DNA of 64,000 nucleotides from Actinomycetota bacterium (GTDB lineage: Bacteria > Actinomycetota > Actinomycetes > Propionibacteriales > Nocardioidaceae). The stretch lies in assembly GCA_036341255.1 (NCBI GenBank), contig JAYYWX010000107.1, positions 15,320 to 79,319 on the forward strand, given 5' to 3'. Positions 7,834 to 16,289 of the stretch are shown piece after piece (the first letter of the stretch is position 1; every line of letters starts with the position of its first letter). The notes under the pieces are model-generated. The model ran no database searches, was not told the origin of the DNA, and worked only from the letters and a program-made list of their open reading frames with translations. A program made the translations under genes and the position numbers.

Positions 7834-9507
7834 TCACAGGGCACCCACCGAGGGGACCCGCAGCCGCTCGACGAGCAGCATCACCAGCGCCGTGGTGCCG
7901 GCCAGCACGACCGAGGCGGCCATCGCCATCTCGTCGTTGAGCGGGCCGGGGCGCCCGATCAGCCGGAAGATCACGACCGGCAGCGTGGGGTCGTCGGGGC
8001 GCGCGAGGAACGAGGTCGCGCCGAACTCCCCCAGCGACACCGCGAACGCGAAGCCGCCGGCGGCAAGCAGCGGCTTCCACACGACCGGCAGGTCCACGGT
8101 GACCAGCGTGCGCACCGGGCCGGCACCGAGCGAGGCCGCGGCCTGGCGCAGCCGGTCGTCGACCCCGGACAGCACCGGCACCAACGTCCGCACGACCAGC
8201 GGGAGCGCCACCAGCGCCTGCGCCAGCGGGATGAGCAGCGGGGAGTCCCGCAGGTCCAGGGGCGGCTCGTCGAGGGTGATGAGGAACCCGAAGCCGAGCG
8301 TCACCGCCGAGACCCCCAGCGGCAGCATGAACAGACCGTCGAGCACCGACCGCACGCGCCGCTCGGTGCGCGACCGGGAGCGCCGGGTCAGCAGCAGCGC
8401 GAGCAGCCCCCCGAGCAGCAGCGCCATCCAGGTGGCGTCCACAGCCGTGCGCAGCGAGGTCACCAACGCCTCGGTGACGGGGACGAGCAGCGCCGTGCCG
8501 CCCTGGCCGGGCGCCGAGCCGCGACCCGACAGCGCGCGGTAGGCCTCCAGCGACCAGGCGTCGTCGGGGCGCAGCGACCCGGTCACCAGCGCCACCACCG
8601 GCAGCGCGACGAAGGCCAGGACGAGCGCGGTCAGCACCAGCGGCACCGTGTCCACCCGGCGCGGGCGACGCGGCGCGGGGGCCCGCCGGGTGACCGTCGC
8701 GTCGGGGACCGCGCGCAGCCGGGCGGCGAGCAGCAGCAGGGCCGTCACCGCGAGCAGCTGCACGACCGAGAGCGCCGCCGCGGCCTGCAGGTCCAGTCGC
8801 TGCACGGTCAGCAGGTAGATCTCGGTCTCGACCGAGGCGTAGCGCAGCCCGCCGAGGGTCAGCACCACGCCGAACGCGGTGGCGCAGAAGAGGAAGACGA
8901 CGCTGGCCGACGACACCACCGCCGGTCGCAGCTGGGGCCAGGTCACGGTGCGGAAGACCTGCGCGGGCGAGGCACCGAGCGCCGCCGCCGCCTCACCGGG
9001 CCGCGCGTCGAGGGACTCCCAGGCGGCACCGACGCCACGGACGACCACCGCCACGTTGAAGAACACCAGCCCGGCGAGGATCGCCCGCGCGGTGCCGTCC
9101 AGCCCGAGGAAGCCCAGCGGCCCGGCCTCCCCCAGCAGCTGGCGGAAGGCGACGCCGACGACGACCGTCGGCAGCACGAACGGCACCAGCAGGCACGCCC
9201 GCACCACCCGACGGCCGGGCCAGCGCAACCGGTGCGTGGCGTACGCCGCCGGCAGCCCGAGCAGCACCGCGATCGTCGTCGCGACCGCCGAGGACCACAC
9301 CGTGAACCAGAGCACCCGCCGCGTACGCGGCCGGCCGAGGACCTCGAGCACGCCGCCGAGGTCCAGCGCGCCGTCGGTGACGAAGCCGCGCGAGACCATC
9401 CCGGTGACCGGCAGGACGAAGAAGATCCCGAGGACCGCCGTCGGCACGACGGCCAGCCCCGCCAGCCCCACGAGCCGGCGGGCGCCGGAGCCGCCGTACG
9501 ACGTCAT
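7834..9507 (-). CDS. thiP: Thiamine ABC transporter permease
   Basis: Duplicated permease halves with EAAAALGA and QAAASLGA loops; PFVLPTVV, SLGEFGAT. Confidence 0.88.
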   Translation of the reverse strand: MTSYGGSGARRLVGLAGLAVVPTAVLGIFFVLPVTGMVSRGFVTDGALDLGGVLEVLGRPRTRRVLWFTVWSSAVATTIAVLLGLPAAYATHRLRWPGRRVVRACLLVPFVLPTVVVGVAFRQLLGEAGPLGFLGLDGTARAILAGLVFFNVAVVVRGVGAAWESLDARPGEAAAALGASPAQVFRTVTWPQLRPAVVSSASVVFLFCATAFGVVLTLGGLRYASVETEIYLLTVQRLDLQAAAALSVVQLLAVTALLLLAARLRAVPDATVTRRAPAPRRPRRVDTVPLVLTALVLAFVALPVVALVTGSLRPDDAWSLEAYRALSGRGSAPGQGGTALLVPVTEALVTSLRTAVDATWMALLLGGLLALLLTRRSRSRTERRVRSVLDGLFMLPLGVSAVTLGFGFLITLDEPPLDLRDSPLLIPLAQALVALPLVVRTLVPVLSGVDDRLRQAAASLGAGPVRTLVTVDLPVVWKPLLAAGGFAFAVSLGEFGATSFLARPDDPTLPVVIFRLIGRPGPLNDEMAMAASVVLAGTTALVMLLVERLRVPSVGAL

Positions 9508-9512
9508 GGCAC

Positions 9513-10601
9513 TCAGCGCGAGACCAGGTCCTGCCACTCGGTCAGCCAGGCGTCGCGGTTCTCGTCGATCTCCGCGGCGTCGACCGCGAGCGGCTCCTCG
9601 GGCCGCGGCGCGAACTCCGCCCATGCCTCGGGCAGCTCCACGCCGTCGACCACGGGGAAGACGTACATCGAGTCCGGGAGGGCGGCCTGCACCTCGGGGG
9701 TCAGCATCCAGTCCACGACCGCCTGCGCGCCGGCGGGGTTCTCCGCACCGGCCAGCACGCCGACGTACTCGACCTGCTCGAAGCAGGTGTCCAGCAGCGC
9801 GGCGGTGGTGGTCTCCGAGCCGTCGTCGGTGGTGGTGAAGGCCGGCGAGGAGTCGTAGGACAGCACGATCGGGCGGGCACCCCCACCGCCGGCGGTGAAG
9901 TCGACGAAGTAGGCGTCCTCCCAGCCGGGGACGACCTTCGCGCCGTTGTCGAGGAGGTCCTCCCAGTAGGTCGGCCAGTCCTCGCCGTACGCCGAGATCG
10001 TGGCCAGCAGGAAGGCGAAGCCCGGCGAGCTGGTCGTCGCACCCGAGGTGACGAAGAGGTCCTCGTAGGCGGGGTCGGTGAGGTCCTCGAGGGTCTGCGG
10101 CGGCTCGAGACCCTCCGCGTCGAACCAGGCGGTGTCGACGTTGACGCACACGTCGCCGTTGTCGACCGGGGTCAGGACGCCCTCGTCGTCGCCGGGCAGC
10201 GCGAAGTCCTCGACGCCGGCGGGCCACTCGCCGCGGTAGGGCGCGAAGACGCCCGCCTCCAGCGCGCGACCGGCGAAGGTGTTGTCGACGCCGAAGGCCA
10301 CGTCGCCCAGGGGGTTGTCGACGTTGAGGACGAGCTGGCTGGTCATGCTGCCGGCGTCTCCGTTGGAGCGCAGCTCGAGCTCGTAGCCGGTGTCGGCCTC
10401 GAACTGCTTGATCAGCTTCTTGGGGAGGCTGAAGCTGTCGTGGGTCACCAGCACGACCGGGCCCCCGGCCTCGGCGCCCCCGCTGGTGCCCGTCGACGGG
10501 TCGGCGGCGCTGTCGTCGTCTCCGGTGCCGATGAGCGAGCAGGAGGAGAGCAGCAGCGCGCCGAGCGCGCCGGAGATGGTCATGGTTGCAGTACGTCGCA
10601 C
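9513..10601 (-). CDS. thiB: Thiamine ABC transporter substrate-binding lipoprotein
   Basis: Lipobox-like LLLSSC; LVTHDSF, GVDNTF, TSSPG, LSYDSSP, CFEQVEY; directly downstream of a TPP riboswitch. Confidence 0.9.
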   Translation of the reverse strand: MRRTATMTISGALGALLLSSCSLIGTGDDDSAADPSTGTSGGAEAGGPVVLVTHDSFSLPKKLIKQFEADTGYELELRSNGDAGSMTSQLVLNVDNPLGDVAFGVDNTFAGRALEAGVFAPYRGEWPAGVEDFALPGDDEGVLTPVDNGDVCVNVDTAWFDAEGLEPPQTLEDLTDPAYEDLFVTSGATTSSPGFAFLLATISAYGEDWPTYWEDLLDNGAKVVPGWEDAYFVDFTAGGGGARPIVLSYDSSPAFTTTDDGSETTTAALLDTCFEQVEYVGVLAGAENPAGAQAVVDWMLTPEVQAALPDSMYVFPVVDGVELPEAWAEFAPRPEEPLAVDAAEIDENRDAWLTEWQDLVSR

Positions 10602-10607
10602 GGGACG

Positions 10608-10718
10608 ACTCCCTTCGCCGGTGCTAACCGGAGCAGGTTCGTGAGGGTCTGCGGCTCTCGTCCATCGCTGGACCCGCACTCTCAGCCCGCCCGGCCATCG
10701 GCCGCCCGTGCTCCCCTG
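10608..10718 (-). ncRNA. TPP riboswitch (THI element)
   Basis: Minus strand reads GGGGAGC...GCTGAGAG...AGACCCT..CGAACCTGCTCCGGTTAGCACCGGCGAAGGGAG; its 3' end includes the likely RBS of thiB. Confidence 0.95.
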
Positions 10719-10806
10719 TCTTGTCGGGGCCCACGGTACTGCCCGTCCCGGAGCGGCTCGACGAGACCCACCCCGCCGGTGCCCACGGCAGTGGTGGGAT
10801 GGGGGC

Positions 10807-11727
10807 GTGGCCAGCCTCAGACACGACCTGATCGCCGTCGGCATCCCGAAGATGCGCGGCTCGCTCGAGATCGACTCCGAGGAGAAGGAGCGGGCGCGCA
10901 TCGAGCGGTGGCACCGCTCCATGGACCGGGCACTGCCGACGAACGCGGTCGTCCGGTTCGACAAGCGCTTCGCGGTCGAGACCCGCACCATCGGCGAGGA
11001 CACCACCGCCGGCACCGGGTTCCCCGTGCACACGATCACCAGGCGGGGCAGCACCCCCCGGCGTACGGTCCTCTACCTGCACGGCGGCGGCTACACCGCG
11101 CCGCTGGACCCCTTCCATGTGCGGTACGCCGCCCGGCTGGCCGCGGCGCTGGACGCCCGGGTGCTGCTGCCGGACTACCCCCTCGCCCCCGAGCACACCT
11201 GGGCCGACTCCCACGACGCGCTGGTCGACCTGGCCGCGGCGCTGACCTCGCAGGGGCCGACCGTCGTCGCGGGCGACTCGGCCGGCGGCGGCCTCGCGCT
11301 CGCGGTGGCCCAGTCCCTGCGTGACCGGGGCGGCGCCCAGCCCACCCACCTGCTGCTGCACTCCCCCTGGGTCGATCTGACCACCTCCACGCCGGCGACG
11401 ACGTGGTTCGCCCGGCGCGACCCGTGGCTGCGGATCACCAAGCTGCACGCCTACGCCACCTGGTGGGCGGGGTCGGCCGACGACCTGGGCCGACCCGAGG
11501 TGTCCCCCGGCCTGGCCGACCTCTCCGGCCTGCCGCAGGCGCTGATGTTCTGCGGCACCCGCGACCTGCTCGTGCCCGGGTGCCGGCTGCTCGCGCGCCG
11601 TGCCGAGGAGGCCGGCTGGGACCTCAGCTACGTCGAGGAGCCGGGCCTCATCCACGTCTACCCGCTGGTCTCGTTCATCCCGGAGGCGCAGCGCGCCTGG
11701 CGGGCGACGCGGGAGTTCCTGGGCTGA
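10807..11727 (+). CDS. Alpha/beta hydrolase (HSL / family IV esterase)
   Basis: YLHGGGY, DYPLAPEH, GDSAGG, SPWVDL, GLIHVY. Confidence 0.92.
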   Translation: MASLRHDLIAVGIPKMRGSLEIDSEEKERARIERWHRSMDRALPTNAVVRFDKRFAVETRTIGEDTTAGTGFPVHTITRRGSTPRRTVLYLHGGGYTAPLDPFHVRYAARLAAALDARVLLPDYPLAPEHTWADSHDALVDLAAALTSQGPTVVAGDSAGGGLALAVAQSLRDRGGAQPTHLLLHSPWVDLTTSTPATTWFARRDPWLRITKLHAYATWWAGSADDLGRPEVSPGLADLSGLPQALMFCGTRDLLVPGCRLLARRAEEAGWDLSYVEEPGLIHVYPLVSFIPEAQRAWRATREFLG

Positions 11728-12170
11728 TGCACTGCTCCACCCACGTCCACCGCTGGGACGAGATGGACGCGACCACGGCCCACGACGTCTTCCGGCTGCG
11801 CCAGCAGGTCTTCGTGGTGGAGCAGGGCGACCCCTACGACGACCTCGACGGGCGTGACACCGAGCCCGGCACCGTGCACGTCGTGATCCGTGACGACGCG
11901 GACGAGGTCGTCGGCGTCGCCCGGGTGCTCGACGACGGCGACGAGTGGCGGATCGGTCGGGTCGCGCTGGCACCCCGCGCTCGGGGCCGTGGCCTGTCCG
12001 GACCACTGATGACGGCGTGCCTGGAGGTCTGCGAGGGTCGTCCGGTGGTCCTCGCCGCCCAGGCCCCCCTCGCCGACTGGTACGCCGGCTTCGGCTTCGA
12101 GGTCTGCGGCCCGGAGTTCCTCGACGGGTCGATCCCGCACCTGCCCATGGTCAGGCCGCTCGGTGCGTAG
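11727..12170 (+). CDS. ElaA-family GNAT acetyltransferase
   Basis: LRQQVFVVEQ..Y.DLDGRD, IGRV, RGRGL, FLDGSIPH; TGATG overlap with the hydrolase. Confidence 0.9.
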   Translation: MHCSTHVHRWDEMDATTAHDVFRLRQQVFVVEQGDPYDDLDGRDTEPGTVHVVIRDDADEVVGVARVLDDGDEWRIGRVALAPRARGRGLSGPLMTACLEVCEGRPVVLAAQAPLADWYAGFGFEVCGPEFLDGSIPHLPMVRPLGA

Positions 12171-12855
12171 TCGTAGCGCCGCGCTCGGCGGCTACACGGC
12201 TCTCGCGGTCGCCGACACCTGGCTCGCCGGGCGCGCGCCGACAGCGCGCGTGCGTGCGGCCCGCGCGGTCACGAAGACCGCGCTCATGCCGGTGCTCGCC
12301 GCCGCCGTGCCGCCCCGCTCCCCCGCGGTCGCCGTCGGGGTCGCCGGGTCGTGGGCCGGCGACGTGGCGCTCATGGTCGACGGGCCGCGCGCGTTCCGGG
12401 CGGGGGTCGCCTCGTTCGCCGTCGCGCACGGCGGGTACGTCGCCGCGCTCGCCCCGCACCTCTCCCGCGACCGACTGCGCGCCAGCCGACGGGTGCGGCT
12501 GATGGCCGGCTCCACCCTCGCCTCCGCCCCGCTCATGGGGCTGGCCGCACGCCGGGTCGACCGGCGCCTGGGCGGGCCGGTGACGGCGTACACGGTGACG
12601 GTGGCGTCGATGGCGGCGGTGACCCAGGCCGTCGACGCGGACCCGGTGACCCGTCGGCTGCTCGCGGTCGGCGGGGCCGTCTTCCTCGCCTCCGACACCG
12701 TCCTCGGCACCCGCGACCTGGTGCTGGCCGGGCGGCCCGACGCGAGCACCCGGTGGATGGAGCGGGTCGTCATGGCGACGTACACGCTGGCCCAGGCGCT
12801 GCTGGGGCTGGGCCTCCGGCGGCTGGTCCCGGCTCAGCCCCCGACCGCGGTGTAG
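12163..12855 (+). CDS. YhhN/TMEM86 lysoplasmalogenase-like membrane protein
   Basis: TKTALMP, SWAGDVAL, FAVAHGGY, FLASDTVL, VMATYTLAQ. Confidence 0.85.
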   Translation: MRSRSAALGGYTALAVADTWLAGRAPTARVRAARAVTKTALMPVLAAAVPPRSPAVAVGVAGSWAGDVALMVDGPRAFRAGVASFAVAHGGYVAALAPHLSRDRLRASRRVRLMAGSTLASAPLMGLAARRVDRRLGGPVTAYTVTVASMAAVTQAVDADPVTRRLLAVGGAVFLASDTVLGTRDLVLAGRPDASTRWMERVVMATYTLAQALLGLGLRRLVPAQPPTAV

Positions 12856-13904
12856 CGCACCCCGTCCTCGGCGGGAGTGGCGGTGGCCTGCCCCCGGGCG
12901 ACGAGCAGGTCGAGGTGGGCCTTGGTCTCCATGGCGGCCATGCCCCGGCTGAAGACGTCGAGGGTCTCGTAGGCGTGCTCGTGACGGGTCCAGCCGAGCG
13001 TGCCGGCGACGTCGTGGGCGGTGACCGGGCCTCCGGAGAGCGCGGCGAGACTCTGGGCGAGACGCTTCTCGTGGTGGGCGGTCAGCTCGTCGACGCGCTC
13101 GTGGGTCGAGGGCGCGACCGGCCCGTGGGCGGGCAGGATGCGCAGGTCGGGCAGCTCGCGGACGCGGGTGAGCGAGGCCATGAAGTGGCCCAGCGGCTGG
13201 TCGTCGGGCGGCACCGTGAAACCGATCGACGGCGTGATGGTCGGCAGCACGTGGTCGCCGGCGAAGAGCACGCCCTCGGCGCGGTCGGCGAAGACGAAGT
13301 GTCCGGGGGTGTGGCCCGGTGTGTGCACCGCCTCGATCGAGCGATGACCGACCGTGATGGTGTGGTCGCCGTCCATCCACCGGGTGGGGTACTGCCAGTC
13401 CTCCTTGGGCGGCACGTCGTCGTCACCGCGGCCGGCCGCCCACTCCTCCGCGACGTCGAGCGCACCCGAGGAGCGCAGCACCGCGAGGAACGGGCTCTCG
13501 GTGATCTGCTCGACGTTGTTGAGCAGGTCCAGCGCCGGCTCCTCGCCGCGCCCCAGCGCCACCTCGGCGCCGACCTCGTGGCCCAGGACGGTCGCCATCG
13601 TGTAATGGTCACGGTGCACGTGGGTGACCAGGAACCGGCGGATGTCGGCGAAGCCCGCACCGATCTGACCGAGGCACTTCTCCAGCAGCTCGCGCGCCAC
13701 CGGGATCGCCCAACCGCCGTCGATCAGGGTCAGCCCCGTGTCGGTCTCCAGGACGTAGACGTTGATCGCCTTGAGGCCGTCCATCGGGAGCGGCAGCGGG
13801 ATGCGCCACAACCCGGGTGCCACCTGCCACGCACCCTCCGCGGTCCAGTGCTCCCCGGAGTCCGGCGAGACGGCGTGGGCGGTGGGGGTGTTCGACAGGC
13901 TCAC
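12834..13904 (-). CDS. MBL-fold metallo-hydrolase
   Basis: THVHRDH, TPGHTPGH, GDHVLP, PAHG. Confidence 0.9.
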   Translation of the reverse strand: MSLSNTPTAHAVSPDSGEHWTAEGAWQVAPGLWRIPLPLPMDGLKAINVYVLETDTGLTLIDGGWAIPVARELLEKCLGQIGAGFADIRRFLVTHVHRDHYTMATVLGHEVGAEVALGRGEEPALDLLNNVEQITESPFLAVLRSSGALDVAEEWAAGRGDDDVPPKEDWQYPTRWMDGDHTITVGHRSIEAVHTPGHTPGHFVFADRAEGVLFAGDHVLPTITPSIGFTVPPDDQPLGHFMASLTRVRELPDLRILPAHGPVAPSTHERVDELTAHHEKRLAQSLAALSGGPVTAHDVAGTLGWTRHEHAYETLDVFSRGMAAMETKAHLDLLVARGQATATPAEDGVRYTAVGG

Positions 13905-13914
13905 CCGTCGGACC

Positions 13915-14739
13915 CTAGGCCGTCACGTCGGGGAAGCCGAGATCGAGGGTCGGCTGCTGGATGCCGCCGTCGATCTCGATCAGCTTGCCCGTGAGGTACT
14001 GCCCGGCCCGCGAGGAGAGGTAGAGCACGCCGGCCGCGATGTCCGCCGGCTCGCCGACCCTGCCCAGGGGCGTCTTGCCCTCGAGCTGACCCATCAGGTT
14101 CGGGTCGCCCGCGACCATCTCCAGGGCGCTGGTCATGATCGAGCCGACGTAGATCCCGTTCACACGGATGCGCGGCGAGAGGTCCTGGGCGGCCATCCTC
14201 GTCCAGTGCGCCAGCGCCGCCTTGGCGGTGCCGTAGGCGACGAAGCCGCGGTCGGCACTGCGCCCCATCGTGGAGCTCACGGTGACGACCGACTTCTGCG
14301 CCGCGGTCGCCGCGTCCTCGCCGTCCAGCGTCTTGAGCAGCAGCGGCACCGCCGCCTTGGTCAGCACGTGCGCGGTGCTGACGTTGAAGGAGAAGGCGCG
14401 TTCGAGGTAGCCCGGGCTGGTGTCGAGGAAGCCGCGGGGGCCGGTGCCACCGACGTTGTTGACGACGATGTCGAGACGCCCGAACGCGTCGTACGCCGCC
14501 TGCGCGAGGCCGGCGACCGCGTCCAGGTCGCTCAGGTCGGCCGCGACGACCTCGCAGCGGCGACCGGTGGCGCGGACCTGCGCGGCGACCTCGTCGAGCT
14601 GGGACTCCGTGCGCGCCGAGATCAGCACGTCCGATCCCGCCTCGGCCAGGGCCACCGCGGTGGCGGCACCGAGTCCGCGGCCGGCGCCGGTGACGATCGC
14701 GGCCGTGCCCGGCACGCCGAAGCGGTCGAGGATGCTCAT
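13915..14739 (-). CDS. SDR oxidoreductase (Rv0927c / hydroxysteroid dehydrogenase-like)
   Basis: TGAGRGLG, NNVGG, YGTAK, PLGRVG. Confidence 0.9.
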   Translation of the reverse strand: MSILDRFGVPGTAAIVTGAGRGLGAATAVALAEAGSDVLISARTESQLDEVAAQVRATGRRCEVVAADLSDLDAVAGLAQAAYDAFGRLDIVVNNVGGTGPRGFLDTSPGYLERAFSFNVSTAHVLTKAAVPLLLKTLDGEDAATAAQKSVVTVSSTMGRSADRGFVAYGTAKAALAHWTRMAAQDLSPRIRVNGIYVGSIMTSALEMVAGDPNLMGQLEGKTPLGRVGEPADIAAGVLYLSSRAGQYLTGKLIEIDGGIQQPTLDLGFPDVTA

Positions 14740-15869
14740 GCGCGCGCCCCCGTCGTACCGGTGTGGCCGGAGCCGGCGACCAGGCCGCGGCCGGTGACCA
14801 GCGGCAGGTCGAGCGCGGTGACCAGGCCGGGGGCGGCCGCGACGACGGCGGGGAGAGCGTTGACCAGGCGCTGGGCGGTGGTGATCATGCCGCTGACGTT
14901 GTGGTCGCCGTGCTCGCCGTGGTGGACGAAGTCGACGTGCATCATCGGCTCGCCGGTGATCTTCACGCGGTAGCAGCCGTCGGTGCCCGGGGGCGGGGTG
15001 TCCCAGTCGGGGTCGGACTCGGCGTCGGTGCGCGTGATGTGCTCCAGCACGACGCGGGGCACGCCGTCGACCTTGCCGACGACCGCGAAGCGGACCGAGC
15101 CCATGGTCCCCTCGGCCACGTCGCCGGACACGCTCGCGGTGTCGCGGGTGGCCGGGCGGCGGTCGACCTCCTCGGTCAGCGGCTCGTCGAGGGTGACGCC
15201 GAGGCCCGCGGCGATCTGCTTGACCACCGAACCCCAGGCCATGGTCAGCACCCCGGGGTGCCACAGGAAGCCGAGCTCGTCCATCGGCTTGCCGAAGCCG
15301 AACAGGTCACCCATCACCACCGGCTGGTAGTAGGTGGAGTAGTCGCAGATCTCCATGACCCGCACCTCGTCGATGCGCTGGCTGAGGCTCGTCATGACCA
15401 GCGGCAGCACGTCGTTGGCGAAGCCGGGGTCGATGCCGTTGACGTGCAGCGAGGCGTTGCCGGTCCGACCGGCCTCCTCGATCCGCGCGAGGATCTCGTC
15501 GGGCAGGATGCCGTGCGGCCACTGCAGCAGGACCGGGCCCGAGGACACGACGTTGACGCCCTTGGCCAGCATCCAGATGAGGTCCTCGATCGACTCGAAG
15601 ACCCGGTCGTCGGTCATCGCGGTGTGCACGACCGCGTCCGGGGCCAGCGCCATCAGCTCGTCGCGGTCAGTCGTGGCGGGGACCCCCAGCTCGCGGCCGA
15701 GCTCGGCCAGGAGCCCGGCGTCCTTGCCGTGCTTGTCGGGGTTGGAGACCCACACACCGACCAGCTCGAGGTCGGGGTGGGCGTCGACGCCGGCGATCGC
15801 GTGCCGGCCGATGGTGCCCGTCGACCAGACGACGACGCGCAGCGGCTTCTCGGGGATGACCTGTGACAT
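14736..15869 (-). CDS. Dihydrodipicolinate-reductase-like / amine dehydrogenase family protein (Rv0926c-like)
   Basis: WSTGTIG, GIDPGFANDVLPL, AAAPGL...DLP; 4-bp overlap with the SDR gene. Confidence 0.8.
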   Translation of the reverse strand: MSQVIPEKPLRVVVWSTGTIGRHAIAGVDAHPDLELVGVWVSNPDKHGKDAGLLAELGRELGVPATTDRDELMALAPDAVVHTAMTDDRVFESIEDLIWMLAKGVNVVSSGPVLLQWPHGILPDEILARIEEAGRTGNASLHVNGIDPGFANDVLPLVMTSLSQRIDEVRVMEICDYSTYYQPVVMGDLFGFGKPMDELGFLWHPGVLTMAWGSVVKQIAAGLGVTLDEPLTEEVDRRPATRDTASVSGDVAEGTMGSVRFAVVGKVDGVPRVVLEHITRTDAESDPDWDTPPPGTDGCYRVKITGEPMMHVDFVHHGEHGDHNVSGMITTAQRLVNALPAVVAAAPGLVTALDLPLVTGRGLVAGSGHTGTTGARA

Positions 15870-15879
15870 GGGTCGCAGA

Positions 15880-15895
15880 CTAGAACACGTTCTAG
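15880..15895. promoter_or_regulatory. KstR-like operator
   Basis: CTAGAAC-AC-GTTCTAG matches TnnAACnnGTTnnA; 10 bp upstream of the ATG at 15869. Confidence 0.8.
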
Positions 15896-15908
15896 ATCTG
15901 CGGAAGTG

Positions 15909-16289
15909 TCAGCCCGTTGCGGCGTCCAGGTCCAGGGCCGGATCGGGCTCCATCACGACCGCCCGCAGCGCAGCGACGTCCTGCTTGCCCAGCACCCTGA
16001 CATCGAGGAGCGCGAGGTCGCCGTCCTCGACCGACACGTTCCACCCGGTCCACAGGATGATGGGGCCACTGAAGCCGGCGTCCCGAGCCGCGCGCGCCAC
16101 CTCGATGCCGGTGCAGACGGGCATGTCGAGGTCGAGGACGAGCACGTCGAACCGCGCGTGGCCCTGCACCTGCTCGCGGGCCGCTCCCCCGTCCGGCACG
16201 GCGGTGACCTCGCACCCGTGCCGAGAGAGCATCATCGTCGTCAGGTCGCGCAGGTCGTGGTCGTCCTCCGCCAGCAGCAGTGAGGTCAT
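15909..16289 (-). CDS. Single-domain response regulator (REC)
   Basis: LLAEDD, VLVLDLDMP, TG, conserved Lys; 4-bp overlap with the kinase. Confidence 0.88.
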   Translation of the reverse strand: MTSLLLAEDDHDLRDLTTMMLSRHGCEVTAVPDGGAAREQVQGHARFDVLVLDLDMPVCTGIEVARAARDAGFSGPIILWTGWNVSVEDGDLALLDVRVLGKQDVAALRAVVMEPDPALDLDAATG